Source of the DNA: Eutreptiella sp. 'Long Island Sound 2002'
Taxonomy: Eukaryota > Protista > Euglenida
DNA length: 64,000 nt
NCBI GenBank assembly: GCA_964036045.1
Contig: OZ038378.1
Coordinates: 146,382,001 to 146,446,000 of the forward strand
Direction of reading: 5' to 3'
The notes under the pieces were generated by a model that saw only the letters and a program-made list of their open reading frames with translations, was not told the DNA's origin and searched no databases. The stretch's first letter is position 1. Each line of letters starts with the position of its first letter. This document shows positions 36,755 through 47,804 of this stretch, one piece after another. A program made the translations under genes and the position numbers.

Positions 36755-37339
36755 GAAGGAACTCTGGGCTATGTCATGTGTGCACTGGCGGCAAACAGCA
36801 CAAAGCGCAGAAAGAAAATGGACTCGTCAGTGGCCTATAAGACCATAGGTACCTTTCTGTCGCAGAACAAGAGACACGAAGATGCCTGTGGGTGGGCCAC
36901 AGAGATGCAAAGCAGTGGGTTTGCAGCGGTACGCCAGTGGCCGACGCTATGCTTTACCCACTGGACCTGTAAATTCGACCTAAATTCTGAGTTCATAAGA
37001 TTGGAAATGGTGATGGGCCCTCCCCCCGGGGGCATAGCCCCAACGGAATTCGTTTCGAGGGGTTCAACAGCCGCGTTAGCGCTGATAGAATAGGAAAATC
37101 ATGGCACCAGTCGGCACAGTGCGCGTTGCAGAGCCCCGCATGTGGCATGTGCCATGAGGCCTATGCCTGTGTCTACCATATAGCATGGCATTGAAGCCAA
37201 CGATGGAGGTGAAAAAAGACCGTCTCCCGGGTGGAAGGCAGTTTATAAGTGATATTTTTGCACCATATAAGTGTCTGGTCTACGCCCCACGTCGTGCGGG
37301 CAACAATGCGAGGCACCGCGGAGTGCAACGCGCGCAAAA
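36755..37339 (-). mobile_element. Second, shorter and diverged copy of the PLE-like element (3' ~585 bp)
   Basis: Colinear with 34446-35040 (cagcacaaa..gcg.ag.aagaaaatgg..tcgtc.gtggcct..aagaccataggtacc; ASWH.PH.G.C...CADWC.DFPILS in both copies), roughly 70% identical by eye; starts right after C14. Confidence 0.75.
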
Positions 37340-38762
37340 CCCCCCGCCACCCTGTGCAGCCAATACCCAAATAGGGTGAAAAACATGCAAATACGGCCTA
37401 AGACATGCTTTACATACCTTGGGTGATCATTTTAGGTGATCACAATATCAAAAAAAAAAAACAAGTTTCGAAAACTTCGATTTTTGAGCTGCCCAGGGTG
37501 AAAAACTGCATAAGCAGGTTGTGTACCAGCCCATTCACTAGGCCATTATTGGTGGAAACAGCCATTTCGTGTCTTTGGCACGGGCATTTGAGCGGCCCTC
37601 GGCAGAGCTACAAATTGCAAAAAACGTCCTTCCGTATCCTAGCAGGCATATACTGTCACAACATCCCCACTCACACCCCTCAGAGTGGGTAGCACGGGGT
37701 CACCGAGGTCGCCAAAACCGCCAACATAGCAAAAATGGCTGAAAAGTGCATAAACCGCATAAGCGCTCGTCCCACTCCGCCCCATACAAACCCCATGGAT
37801 TCGGGACCCGGAAACACTTTTTCGGCTCAAAATCGAAAAAAAAACCAAAAGATTCATGATTTTCGACCCAAAAAAAGGGGGGTCGATTTTTGACCCCCCC
37901 CCACCCCCCTCCCTCAAAAGCTCCAAAAAGTGGGTTTCAAGTGGGGGGGGTCTGGGGGGTCCGGACCAAAAACTCATTGGGGGATGCGTTTATTGGACAA
38001 AATAATGATTTTACAAGGGGTTAAACCAACAATCTAACCCCTTGGGGTAGGGTACGCGAATAGGCCCAAAAAGGCCCAAAATGGGGGGGTATGTGGCGTT
38101 TTCCCTTGTATACGCCTGCCTGGCTTTGATCTAACAACCTCTGCGAGGTGATTCTGCAGCCAGGTGTGTTACCATTCGACCATGGGTGGATGTGACAGAA
38201 ATGTGTCTCCCATTACTTGGAGCCTTCTCAGCAAAAACTTTTGACCCCCCCCCACCCCCCCCCCCCCCCACCCACCCTTAAAAAAATGTTATCCCGTTTT
38301 AGGGGATAGAGGCCTCAGAATCAAAAAATCCATTGGGATATTGTCTTATTGGGCAAAATAATGATTTTACAAGGGGTTGGACATCAAATATCATGCCTTG
38401 GGGTATGCTACGCGAATGACCCCAAAAAAGGGGGGTATACGACGCCCGCGCCTGCGCTTGATCTAACAACCTCTCTTCGAGGTGATTTTCGTTCAGGCCG
38501 CTCTGAGGCCCGATTTCTGAGCCCGGACTGGTCTTCAGCTTGCCACTTTACAAAAGCTCTGTCATGGGAACCCCCTTTTCGTGACCCCCCCCCCCGGGGG
38601 GGTAAGAGGACTCGAACGACCTCCCCCCCCCCCCCCGCGGTCGCACAACCTTTTCCCCCCTCCCCAGCTCAGAACCTCCCCTCTCCCTGCCCCCCCTCCT
38701 CCCCCCTGAGGGGTCAACCCCACCTTAAGCAATCGTCTGTCCAAAATCAAGCGTCATCATAC

Positions 38763-38893
38763 CATGCTCCACATTCTGGACCAACGCCGTCAATTCGGTC
38801 CACGCGAGGGGCAGCCGTAACACATCAGTGGCGTCGATGACGAACACAATCCCGTCCGCTTGGGTGGCGCGCACCGGCCACTTCCATCGATGC
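38763..38893 (-). CDS. Middle exon of the ARF/ARL-like GTPase
   Basis: Acceptor ggtAG (38894), HRWKWPVRATQADGIVFVIDATDVLRLPLAWTELTALVQNVEH, donor GTATGA (38762). Phase matches the upstream exon (GA|G). Confidence 0.85.
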
Positions 38894-39136
38894 CTACCAT
38901 TCACAGGGCAACGCGGAAGGGGAAGGGACAGGGCGGCACTCTGGGGCGCATGCATGCGACGTTCAAGGGCGCGGCTGCTTCAACATCACAAAGCCAGGGG
39001 CAAAAACCTGCACGAACTTGTTGCTGAAGTTGTGGCGATCTGAGCGTCTGTCAGATCCTCTTGAGGCACGTCCAATGACCTCACATCCCCCTTTGCTCAC
39101 TGAAAAGCCTTTTGCTGTCCTTCTGACCGGCTCTGA

Positions 39137-39489
39137 GGGGGAATGTTTGCCCGGCGCATGCCCGGCGCGCTACCTTTGGATTGAGTATCCTATCTCTCGC
39201 CCCAAGTTTATCCCCGCCTAGGGAAGTCCCCCAAGTAGACCGCACTGGACCGCAAACCTTCCGTGCCAAGAACGTTGCATAGGCCGAAATATGAGAATTC
39301 AACAACACAAATGTCACTCCCACCACTTCCAACCATCACCCTTGCCATCATCACAAACCGGGTGCAAAGGATGGGCCAGATTCTTAGACACGGCGAGAAG
39401 ATACTTCAGATTAATTGGTAGGGGGGGGGGGTGACAGGCACGGGTGGGAAATGGTCAACAAAAGATGCCCGGCGCACCAAGACTCCCCC
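39137..39489. mobile_element. Harbinger-type MITE
   Basis: TSD TGA/TGA; GGGGGAATG...GACTCCCCC termini; GCCCGGCGC subterminal motifs as in 12729-13473. Confidence 0.65.
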
Positions 39490-39670
39490 TGAGGCGCAGG
39501 CGCAGGCGTCCTCCCGCATTGCGCCCTCAGATTCTCTCATACCCTCTTCCTCATGCCCCTGCAACCCTCTAACTCCTCTCTCTTGGGCACCTGCCTTCGA
39601 CCGACCTCTGTACCGCCCCCATGCCCCCTCCCTGTGTCCCTCACGAATCCTCCCTCGTAGCCCCCCCCCT

Positions 39671-40020
39671 CCCCTGTATAAGCTACGCCAATGTACACAA
39701 TTATTACGGTCCCTACGCCTACTGTAGCTTGGACAACGGTGTGGCTTGCGCGCAACACATACAACTGCCGACACACACGTGCACAGGCCACATGTGCTGA
39801 AATTGGCAATTCAGGACCTGTGGGATGCATGGGACTTAAAAGAAATTCCTGGTGCACCAGCAGGGGCCACATGTGCTGAAATTGGTGACGACAGTGTGAC
39901 GACAAACCCAGGTCTTATGTGGCCGCACTACATTTCGTACGTAATTAAATTACGTACACAATGACTACGGTCCCTACGCCTACTGTAGCTTGGACAAGGG
40001 CGTAGCTTATACAAGGGGGG
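39671..40020. mobile_element. Small MITE-like element with 15-bp inverted ends and 32-bp internal direct repeats
   Basis: TGTATAAGCTACGCC (39675) / GGCGTAGCTTATACA (39999); tacggtccctacgcctactgtagcttggacaa at 39705 and 39966; hairpin gtacgtaat-taa-attacgtac. Confidence 0.55.
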
Positions 40021-40167
40021 TACATTCCTCTGCGGCCTCCATGCGCTGCCTCATATCCACCTCTCAAAGCTCTCTTCCAACCTGGGCACTGGGCCCGCAC
40101 CAACGTACCAACAGCTGAAAGCAACAGCAGTAGCAGCAGGAGCACAAGCAAGAGCAGCAGGCCATAC

Positions 40168-40332
40168 TCCATGGACCCTGAAGAATCGATGGCTTCAAAT
40201 GGCACACCGCCCGACGCAACATCCATTTTGATGGACTGGACACTGCGCGATGGCAGCACGTAATTGAACTTGCCACACTCCAGACGATTCACTAATGTGG
40301 TCTTGCCACTGCCTTGCAGGCCGAACAGATAC
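40168..40332 (-). CDS. P-loop exon of the ARF/ARL-like GTPase; first exon not identified
   Basis: Polypyrimidine tract and ctAG acceptor, YLFGLQGSGKTTLVNRLE...FEAIDSSGSME, donor GTATGG (40167). Confidence 0.85.
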
Positions 40333-41759
40333 CTAGACACGGGAATCAAGTTGAAGATGCGTACGACGGCCAAAAAGAGGAGGAGGAAGCGGAGGGAGGA
40401 AAAGTGGTGGCGTGAAGGGAGGAAGGGAGATGGCAGGAGGATGGCGAAGGGGGGAGCGAGAGAAAGAAGGAGGGGGGCCTGGGAGGGAGGGAGGGAAGGA
40501 GAAGGAACCTGCTTGGGGTTTCCAGGCAGGTGATAGCAGCCATAGCCATCATGCTTGGCAAGTCCTGGACGGCTCGCGGGGGAGGGCAACTCCTTGTTAG
40601 GGAGGAGACACACAGAATCGGTGTTAGGCCCAATGGTATGCAACCGGGTGGCATTGCTGCTTGGGCTCAAGCTAAACTCAAAAAACAAGGTATCCGGTTG
40701 TCTTGTCCGCGCCGCACTTGCTGTTGCTGGGGCTCTCTCCACTGGGGCTCTCAAACATAGGTACAAAGTGTTGCCTGTGCGCAAGATTCAGCGCCGTCTC
40801 TGCCAGCCCGTGGCTATGCCCTACTCATGCCCTCTGAACAGGTTCTGGGTTAGGCAGTTCAAGCGGCCCTTGCCGCTTCCTCATGGATCTAACTTTAACT
40901 AATGGCACACTGTCCGCACCACTAGACTCTGTGATTGCATGGTGGACCATGATGGCCACCTTGCTGTATGTTCCACACACATGACAGGTGCTGATCGTGT
41001 GATCACAGCATGTAGACAGCACAAGCGTACAGAAATCATCAATGTGCTTCCACCAATGCACAGGAATGTGCAAATGACACACCAAAATTCATACAATTCG
41101 TTCCCAATCACATACCAATCATCCCCACACCCATGCCCTTCATGCAGCCAAGCATGTTGACGAAATGAGTGGCGAGTGAGTGAAGGAGGGGAGGGAGGGA
41201 AGGAAGGAGGGAGAGTATTTGAGGATGGGAGGGAGAGTAAGAGGGTGGGTAGATGCACAGGTAGCAGCAAAGAGAAGAGACGGATAAGTGAGGGGTGGTA
41301 TGAGGGGTAGATGCATGGGTTGCACCATCAGATAAGAAGGGATGAACTGTGGTGTTTGGCAGGGGGGGGGGCTCCTAGCCCAAGCCCTGGGCAGAACAAC
41401 ATACACTCTTGGGGTCTGCGCAGGGCCTTGGGTTGGATCCGCCCACGCAGACTCCCCAGGGCCAATGCGGCGCGTACTGCTCTTACATGAACCTGCACCC
41501 ATTTGGGGGGCGGTGCATATACGGGGGCGTCAATCGATCTGCAAAATGCGAATGTGGTGTGCGTGGGATCAACAGCGGTCGGTGTTGGTAGACCGAATGT
41601 CCCCGCCAATAGACACTGTCGGCCATTCCGGGTCACACTTGTGGAGTATGATGTTGGGGGCCGTGGTGGCAACCAGGGGGGTTCATAAGAGAAAAAAAGG
41701 GTGTTCCTGAATGGCAGTTTTGCAAAAAGACCGGGTGTAGCTCATATATTCAACCATAT

Positions 41760-41850
41760 TGGTGGCGATTGGCGGTTGGCGGTTGGTGGGGATTGGCGGT
41801 TGGCGGTTGGCAACTGGCGGTTGGTGGCGGTTGGTGGTTGGCGGTCCCTT
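41760..41850. repeat. (GGCGGTT)n-type 7-bp simple repeat
   Basis: Direct reading. Confidence 0.8.
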
Positions 41851-44713
41851 GGGGCAGTCCTTAAGGGCGGTCCTTAACAAAAAAAAAATCTAGTTCCTAA
41901 AGGACCCCCCTGGTGACAAGGCGGCAGCTGGTACGGTGGCTCAGGCAATTAAACGATAGTTGTGAGTTCGGTTCCTGGCAACTACGTTAAAGCTCAGAAC
42001 GTTTGGTGCAGGTGACAATATGCCCCAGTGGCAGCACTGGCATAGTAGTAAGATCGCAATGCCTGCATATGCACAAGATCTGGTCCATCATACATATCAG
42101 GCACCCTCTTATCCACCCAGGCTACAGATTCGCCTGATGATCTATGCTGACTCACTTCTCAGTACACACACACAAACACTGCAATGGCTTCTGCAGTGGC
42201 TCAGGGCATGTCCATGATGTGTCTTTTTGGCACCCCTGCATTGCCTGTCTGGAATGCAGCTGATGGCGGTCACTTGTGCCCTGTGCTGCATTTGGAGGCC
42301 ACCAGACCTGCCAGCTGTCCACCCGACATCCAGGCAGATCCCTCTTATCGGGTGCCACCGCTTAGCCCCTCCTGGATTCGAGGCCCCTTGAAGGGTTGTT
42401 CCACAGCAGGAAAGTTGTGACCGAGGAACCAAAAATTGTAACCGCGCCTAAGCGAGTGGATGTCTTGATCATATTGTTCATAACATTCCTGATAATATTC
42501 TCGAGACATTCACTCATAGCCCCCCCCCCTCGATGCACAAGCGAAATCGATGACATGTAACCGCGAGTAAAGATAACATGTCGGTTCTGCGCATGCACAC
42601 GCGTTGGTTATGCACGTGCACACGCATTGTGGTCATTGTGTGCATGCACACGTGTGCGCACCTGCACATGTCATGCCTTCCGGATGCACATGTACCCCAT
42701 GCATGCATACGCACGGGTATGTGCCAGGATGCACGGCAGTGCACGTCATACACACTACTTGTTCATGAGCAAATGCCACATGAATTGGATGCGCATTAGA
42801 GATATCACACAGCATGTCAACATACAACAATATGGAACAGAAATGACACGTTCAAAACATGCAGGGAAACAAAAATCACAAGAAAAAGATGTAAAAGTGG
42901 CCGCATAAATGCACGTGCCAGAAATGCCAAATGGGGGGTAGGGGGCAGCATCCTGATACACCCAATCCCCTGTGCATCTCGTGCAGGGTCACCACCCACT
43001 GCCCTCCGTGTACCTCATGTGCTTCCACCCCGGCTCATGAAACGGGGCACACGGTTCTCCACTGGACCTATGGCTGGGGCAAACTGTGAAAGTGATGTGT
43101 GAGAGGCATACCTTGCAAATCAAGCGGCGGTCGGATAAAGCAAACGTCAAAACAGCATGTCTGAGTAGCAACAGGATGAGGCATATGGTGTGCCACAGCC
43201 AACCCCCTCCCCGTGCCCCTGGCCAACAAACACAGTGGACACAGTGTTCATTGCGCGTGTGAAATCCCAGTCAATGCATGAGGAACACCTCCTTGACCAC
43301 AAGACACCCTGCCCATACATAGTGCAAAGTGGGTAAGGCTTCACTCACGTGGGCCTTACTAGCAGTCCCTCTTGCGGTCCGGTCCCTCTTCGTCTTGGAG
43401 AGTTGAACGTGCCCTCCAAGCTCGTGCCCGTGCAACAAATGGGGTGAACACAGACACAGGATTGGTATGAGGTGCGAAGCAGGATATGTGTAGTATGTGG
43501 AAGAAACACAGGCGCCACAAGGGGCTATCCACTCGTTCAGGAACAAGTGTCACGTGAATGAGATGCTCGATAGAGATATCATGCATCATGTCAAATACAA
43601 CAGTATGCAAAAGAAATTGTATGTTCAAAAAACACAGGGATACAGCAATCACACCAAAAAAAAGCTTAAATGGGCTGCATAAGTGCACACTCCTACAATG
43701 AGGTGAAAATGACCGATGGAGATACTTTATGCACTCAAAAAGTATGTAGACCAGAAGGCAGGAAAGTTGAGTTTGTATTGAATAAATCCCAAAAACAGCC
43801 AAAAGATGCTTTGGGGGCCCCCTTGCACTGTGCACGCACGCACTGCGCGCTACTAGACCAGGTTCCCCGTGAAGAGCCCCCAAGCACACCCCTTCCAAAC
43901 GCCCTTGCATTACCCCTGCCTCAGGAGCAGGTCCCACTGTACACTCTGGGAGACCTCCTTCAGTGGGGGCGGGAGGTGGTCCATCTTCCACGAATGGGGT
44001 TGGGACGATGGACCCGGGGGTGCTGGGTGTGGCCGTCCAGCATAGCCCCGCTGCCGACCGTCGGGCGATGATGGCATGGTATGTCTTGGCTAGCACGAAG
44101 GATCCTTGGCGTTGATCAAGCCCGTGAGGTCACCTTCGATTATAGTACTTGGACGTGATACACCACTTGGAGAGGATAATGGATTGTCCCTCAATCATGA
44201 TGCTGAGGTCCAACATCAGCCGTGCCTGCTCGGGGTCCCCATGATGGGGAGAAAACAACATGGATACATCACCTCTGCCTTCTCGAGGACCTATGGTGGG
44301 GAGAAATCGACCTAGAAAAGAGTGGATGTGGTAGAAATGAGCAAAAAAGTGTGAAAAATGGTGGAAATGGGTGGAACTAGGTGAAAATCCGAAAATGCCA
44401 TATCCCCAATGTGGAAGAAGCATCAAAACCTATTCTCAAACAACAATGATGCCCCCAGTATCACAAAATATGGGTCTCTAGTACGGCCACACGCCCAAAT
44501 AGTTGCACTGCGCTTGCACTACGCGCGCACTGCGCTAAATGCGCCCCCTTGGTTGGCACAAATGCGCCGAGAATCTGAATCTGACTAGTTCATAGCAATG
44601 AACAAAAGAGGTGAATAGTTTGTAAGAGCTGTGCCGGATATTGCTACCACTTAGAGGAAATCATCAATGACAAAGTGGTCCTCACAATAGCAGGCAAGTA
44701 GTGTGTAATCTAA

Positions 44714-45440
44714 GGGGGAGTCTTTGCACTGCGCGCTACTTTTAGACTATGTTCCCCCCGAAGAGCCCCCAAGCACACCCCTTGGAAACGCCCTTAGAAT
44801 TAGGTGACCCAAACTGCCCCAGCTCAAGAAAGTTGCAAACTACCTTCCCTTCACATAACACACATCATGCACAACTCAGAGCACCCTGTTGCTCCAGAGA
44901 GGAGATGAGCACACCTTTGAGGTGGAGTGTGCTTGAGGAAGAAAAAGAAGCGGAACAAATGTTCGCGTGGAAGTAAATCATCATGCCCATACTTTAGCCA
45001 AAACTCCTCGGCAGAGTGGGCATCAATACCCATATAACTGATTTGCGTCCTTAGTGACCGAGTTCCACCACAACGCTTAATCCACCACTCAACACCATCT
45101 TTTTGCGGGTCAAGAGGGTGAGCTCTGGTGCTTTTCTCATGCACATGGAGCTACATCTCCAGGATCTTGTCTTCCGTTTGTTTGTTCATTTTTGCCACCT
45201 CCTTGTCCCGGTTTCCTCAATAGCACCGGAAGGTTGGGGCCCAAAAGAGGGCGGAAATGCTACATCACCCCTGCATTCTCGGGGGTCCCCAACAAAGGGG
45301 AACAAAATCAGAACTCAAAACCTCCGCTACGGGTCACCATGATGCCCCTAGGGGCCCCTAGTATCTCAAAGTATGGGTCTCTAGTACGGCCAGACGCCCA
45401 AATAGTTGCACTGTGCGCGCACTGCGCTTGAGGCGCCCCC
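44714..45440. mobile_element. Harbinger-type non-autonomous element
   Basis: TSD TAA/TAA (44711-13, 45441-43); imperfect TIR GGGGGAGTC / GGGGGCGCC; left ~110 bp shared with 12760-12870 and 46560-46690; interior minus frame EFWLKYGHDDLLPREHLFRFFFFLKH is possibly a transposase N-terminal part. Confidence 0.75.
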
Positions 45441-46506
45441 TAAAGGTAATACAATTTGGAACATTACTAAGTCAAGGCGCTGCTTGACACATGGAAATTG
45501 CTCGATTAGTCTGTGGGCGCATTGGCGGCCAACTAAGGCAAAATATTAAACACGAACGTCAAACTAGGTTGCAATGGGCAGCGGCACCCCCCCCACACAC
45601 ACAAAACACACACACCAACAAAAGGGGCATATACTATACACTACATATTGCCCCAGTCTTGGCACATTACATCCGTCATCATTGTTGACATAGTTGTTGT
45701 GGATGCTCTGGAGCACATACAGCAGTGGTATCAGCAATTAAACAATAGGTCCTCATGCCGAAACACACCTTTAGGGGTACAGATGGCTCCACAACCAGAA
45801 CCACTACCCTTGCCAAATAGGGTGTGGGAGGTAGAATTTGAGGCATTTTGCAAAATCTTAATTTGCAAAATCTTAGCACAATCACATCTAGAATTTTCCA
45901 TATTACTGTTCTGACCCTTCAAAAGTAACGAAAAGGAAAATCATGGTGCAAACGTGCTGAGATTTACCCTCGAACAATCAAAACAGGAATTTCAAACTTT
46001 TTCGACGCATATGTGGCAAAAATTTACCAATATGGAGTAATGGGGCATGAAAAGAGCTGGTATGGCTGGGCACAAACGCGACGACGGTTCACTAAATTGG
46101 TGCTTGTGGGCATGAAATTAGAGTGATGGTATGTGACGTTATGTGGCGTACAATTGGGAAGCAATATCAGGAGGATTTTACTGGCAAATGATTGCATTGT
46201 GTATTTCCACTCAAAACATGACGCTCAGCTACACTATGGTGATATGCCATTGCCATCATGTCATAGATCTCAACCCCAACACCGAGCTCGAGCACATCAT
46301 ATTGTTGCGCCGTAGAAAACCCCACCAAAACTTGCAAAAAGTCAAATTGTCAGCCCAAAAGATGTTTACACCCCCAAAACCTCAATTAATCAATTGTGCA
46401 ACCCTTCACACTTTGGACACCAATGCACCAACCTAGCATTGGCCCAGAGGTGCAGTACAAGAGGCACCATACTTGCAACCTTTTGTGGGCCATTTGAGCA
46501 TACATA

Positions 46507-47109
46507 GGGGGAGTCTTTGCACTGCGCGCGCACTGCGCGCGCACGTCGCGCGCACTGCGCGCTACTTTTAGACTATGTTCCCCCTGAAGAGCCCCCAAGC
46601 ACACCCCTTGGAAACGCCCTTAGAATTAGGTGACCCAAACTGCCCCAGCTCAAGAAAGTTGCAAACTACCTTCCCTTCGCATAACACACATCATGCACAA
46701 CTGGAAAAGCGTCCTTGTATCGGATAATCGGACTTGCTTCAATACTTCCACTTCCCAATGGAATCTTTGGCCGTCCCATGCGTGCTTGTCCCCCCCGAGT
46801 GGAAATGGCTCTTCGCCACTCTGCAGAGATATAATGTAAAGCATAAACACAATCAAGGCAAGAGAGTCGCAAACGGCATTGCGTGTAGTAAAGAGGGCGG
46901 AAATGCTACGTCAACCCTGCATTCTCGGGGATCCCCAAACAAAGGGGGACAAAATCAGAAGTCAAAAGCTCCGCCAGGGGTCACCATGATGCCCCTAGGG
47001 GCCCCTAGTATCTCAAAGTATGGGTCTCTAGTACGGCCAGACGCCCAAATAGTTGCACTGCGCGCGCACTGCGCGCGCACGTCGCGCGCATTGCACATGA
47101 GGCGCCCCC
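46507..47109. mobile_element. Harbinger-type non-autonomous element
   Basis: TSD ATA/ATA; same left and right ends as 44714-45440 but a different interior (GEEPFPLGGDKHAWDG, frameshifted). Confidence 0.75.
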
Positions 47110-47767
47110 ATACATTGGGTTCTGCGTGTGTTTGTCGCCGTTGTTGGCGCTGTGGAAGCATGCCTCGGTGCCTAATTGCCGCAAACGTGATCTATTGTCG
47201 ATATCATCCGATTGGACACAAAATCGATAGTGACGAGCTTAATGATAGTAGCGGTGTGGATGATCATGACAGTGACACAGATGAGCATAGCGGCTTGTGG
47301 AAATTGTGCCATTTTCAAGGAGGTGCAAATTCATAGACGATCAACAGGATCCCAACAAGATGATACTTGCTAATTTCACCAACTTATTTCTTGCTACATT
47401 ACTTTGTGGTCCTCCTACAGCATTCGCCTTTCATTTTATTTTGGGCGGGTATTCTCAGCCAACGAAGCACATACTGGGACCCATTGGTGGGCAGCAGAAG
47501 CCATCAACGAACCATAACACAAAAACATGCACATCACGTGGGGAGGTGGGGGTTGCATGGCAAATTTTCATCAATCCACGAAGTGATGCACAAAATTTGG
47601 GGGGTTCGTACCACGGGCCAAGAACCGCAGGTCGCACGATGTCAGTGAGGACGAAAAACGAACAGTGAAGGCACAGCACTGGTCACCAAAACAAATTCAT
47701 CAGGCCATAAAACACAAAATGGTGGCAAGGTCCTTTCGAAAGAAAAATAGACACTCAGAAAGACACA

Positions 47768-47804
<37 letters not shown>

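Larger units (their letters stand above)
33730..37528. repeat. Tandem array of ~160-200-bp units (about 6), each with a poly(C) tract; interrupted twice by PLE-like elements
   Basis: caatcccttgg at 33866, 34060, 34221, 34421 and ~36726; units share taaatacggcctaagacatgc...cacaatatcaaaaaa...cttcgatttttgagctgcc.agggtgaaaaactgcat; TAGGGTGAAAAA occurs up to twice per unit. Confidence 0.9.

Noticed and set aside
33730-37528. Hammerhead ribozymes in the tandem units (expected in many PLE pLTRs)
   Set aside because: No CTGAnGA...GAAA core found on either strand of the unit by eye; variant ribozymes cannot be excluded without covariance models.
33730-37528. CRISPR array
   Set aside because: Units are 160-200 bp tandem copies without unique spacers, the context is eukaryotic and no cas genes are present.
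39936-39965. Helitron 3' end (hairpin)
   Set aside because: The hairpin is not followed by CTRR and sits inside a TIR-bounded element.
40333-40654. First exon of the ARF-like gene (NPKQ or LETPSR frames before the 176-nt pyrimidine intron)
   Set aside because: The canonical GT-AG join gives an unconvincing frame, and the convincing frame needs a non-canonical join; left unassigned.
41503-41688. VTLVEYDVGGRGG resembling an ARF G3 motif
   Set aside because: Opposite strand to the GTPase gene, no other G motifs, and it runs into a dispersed repeat.
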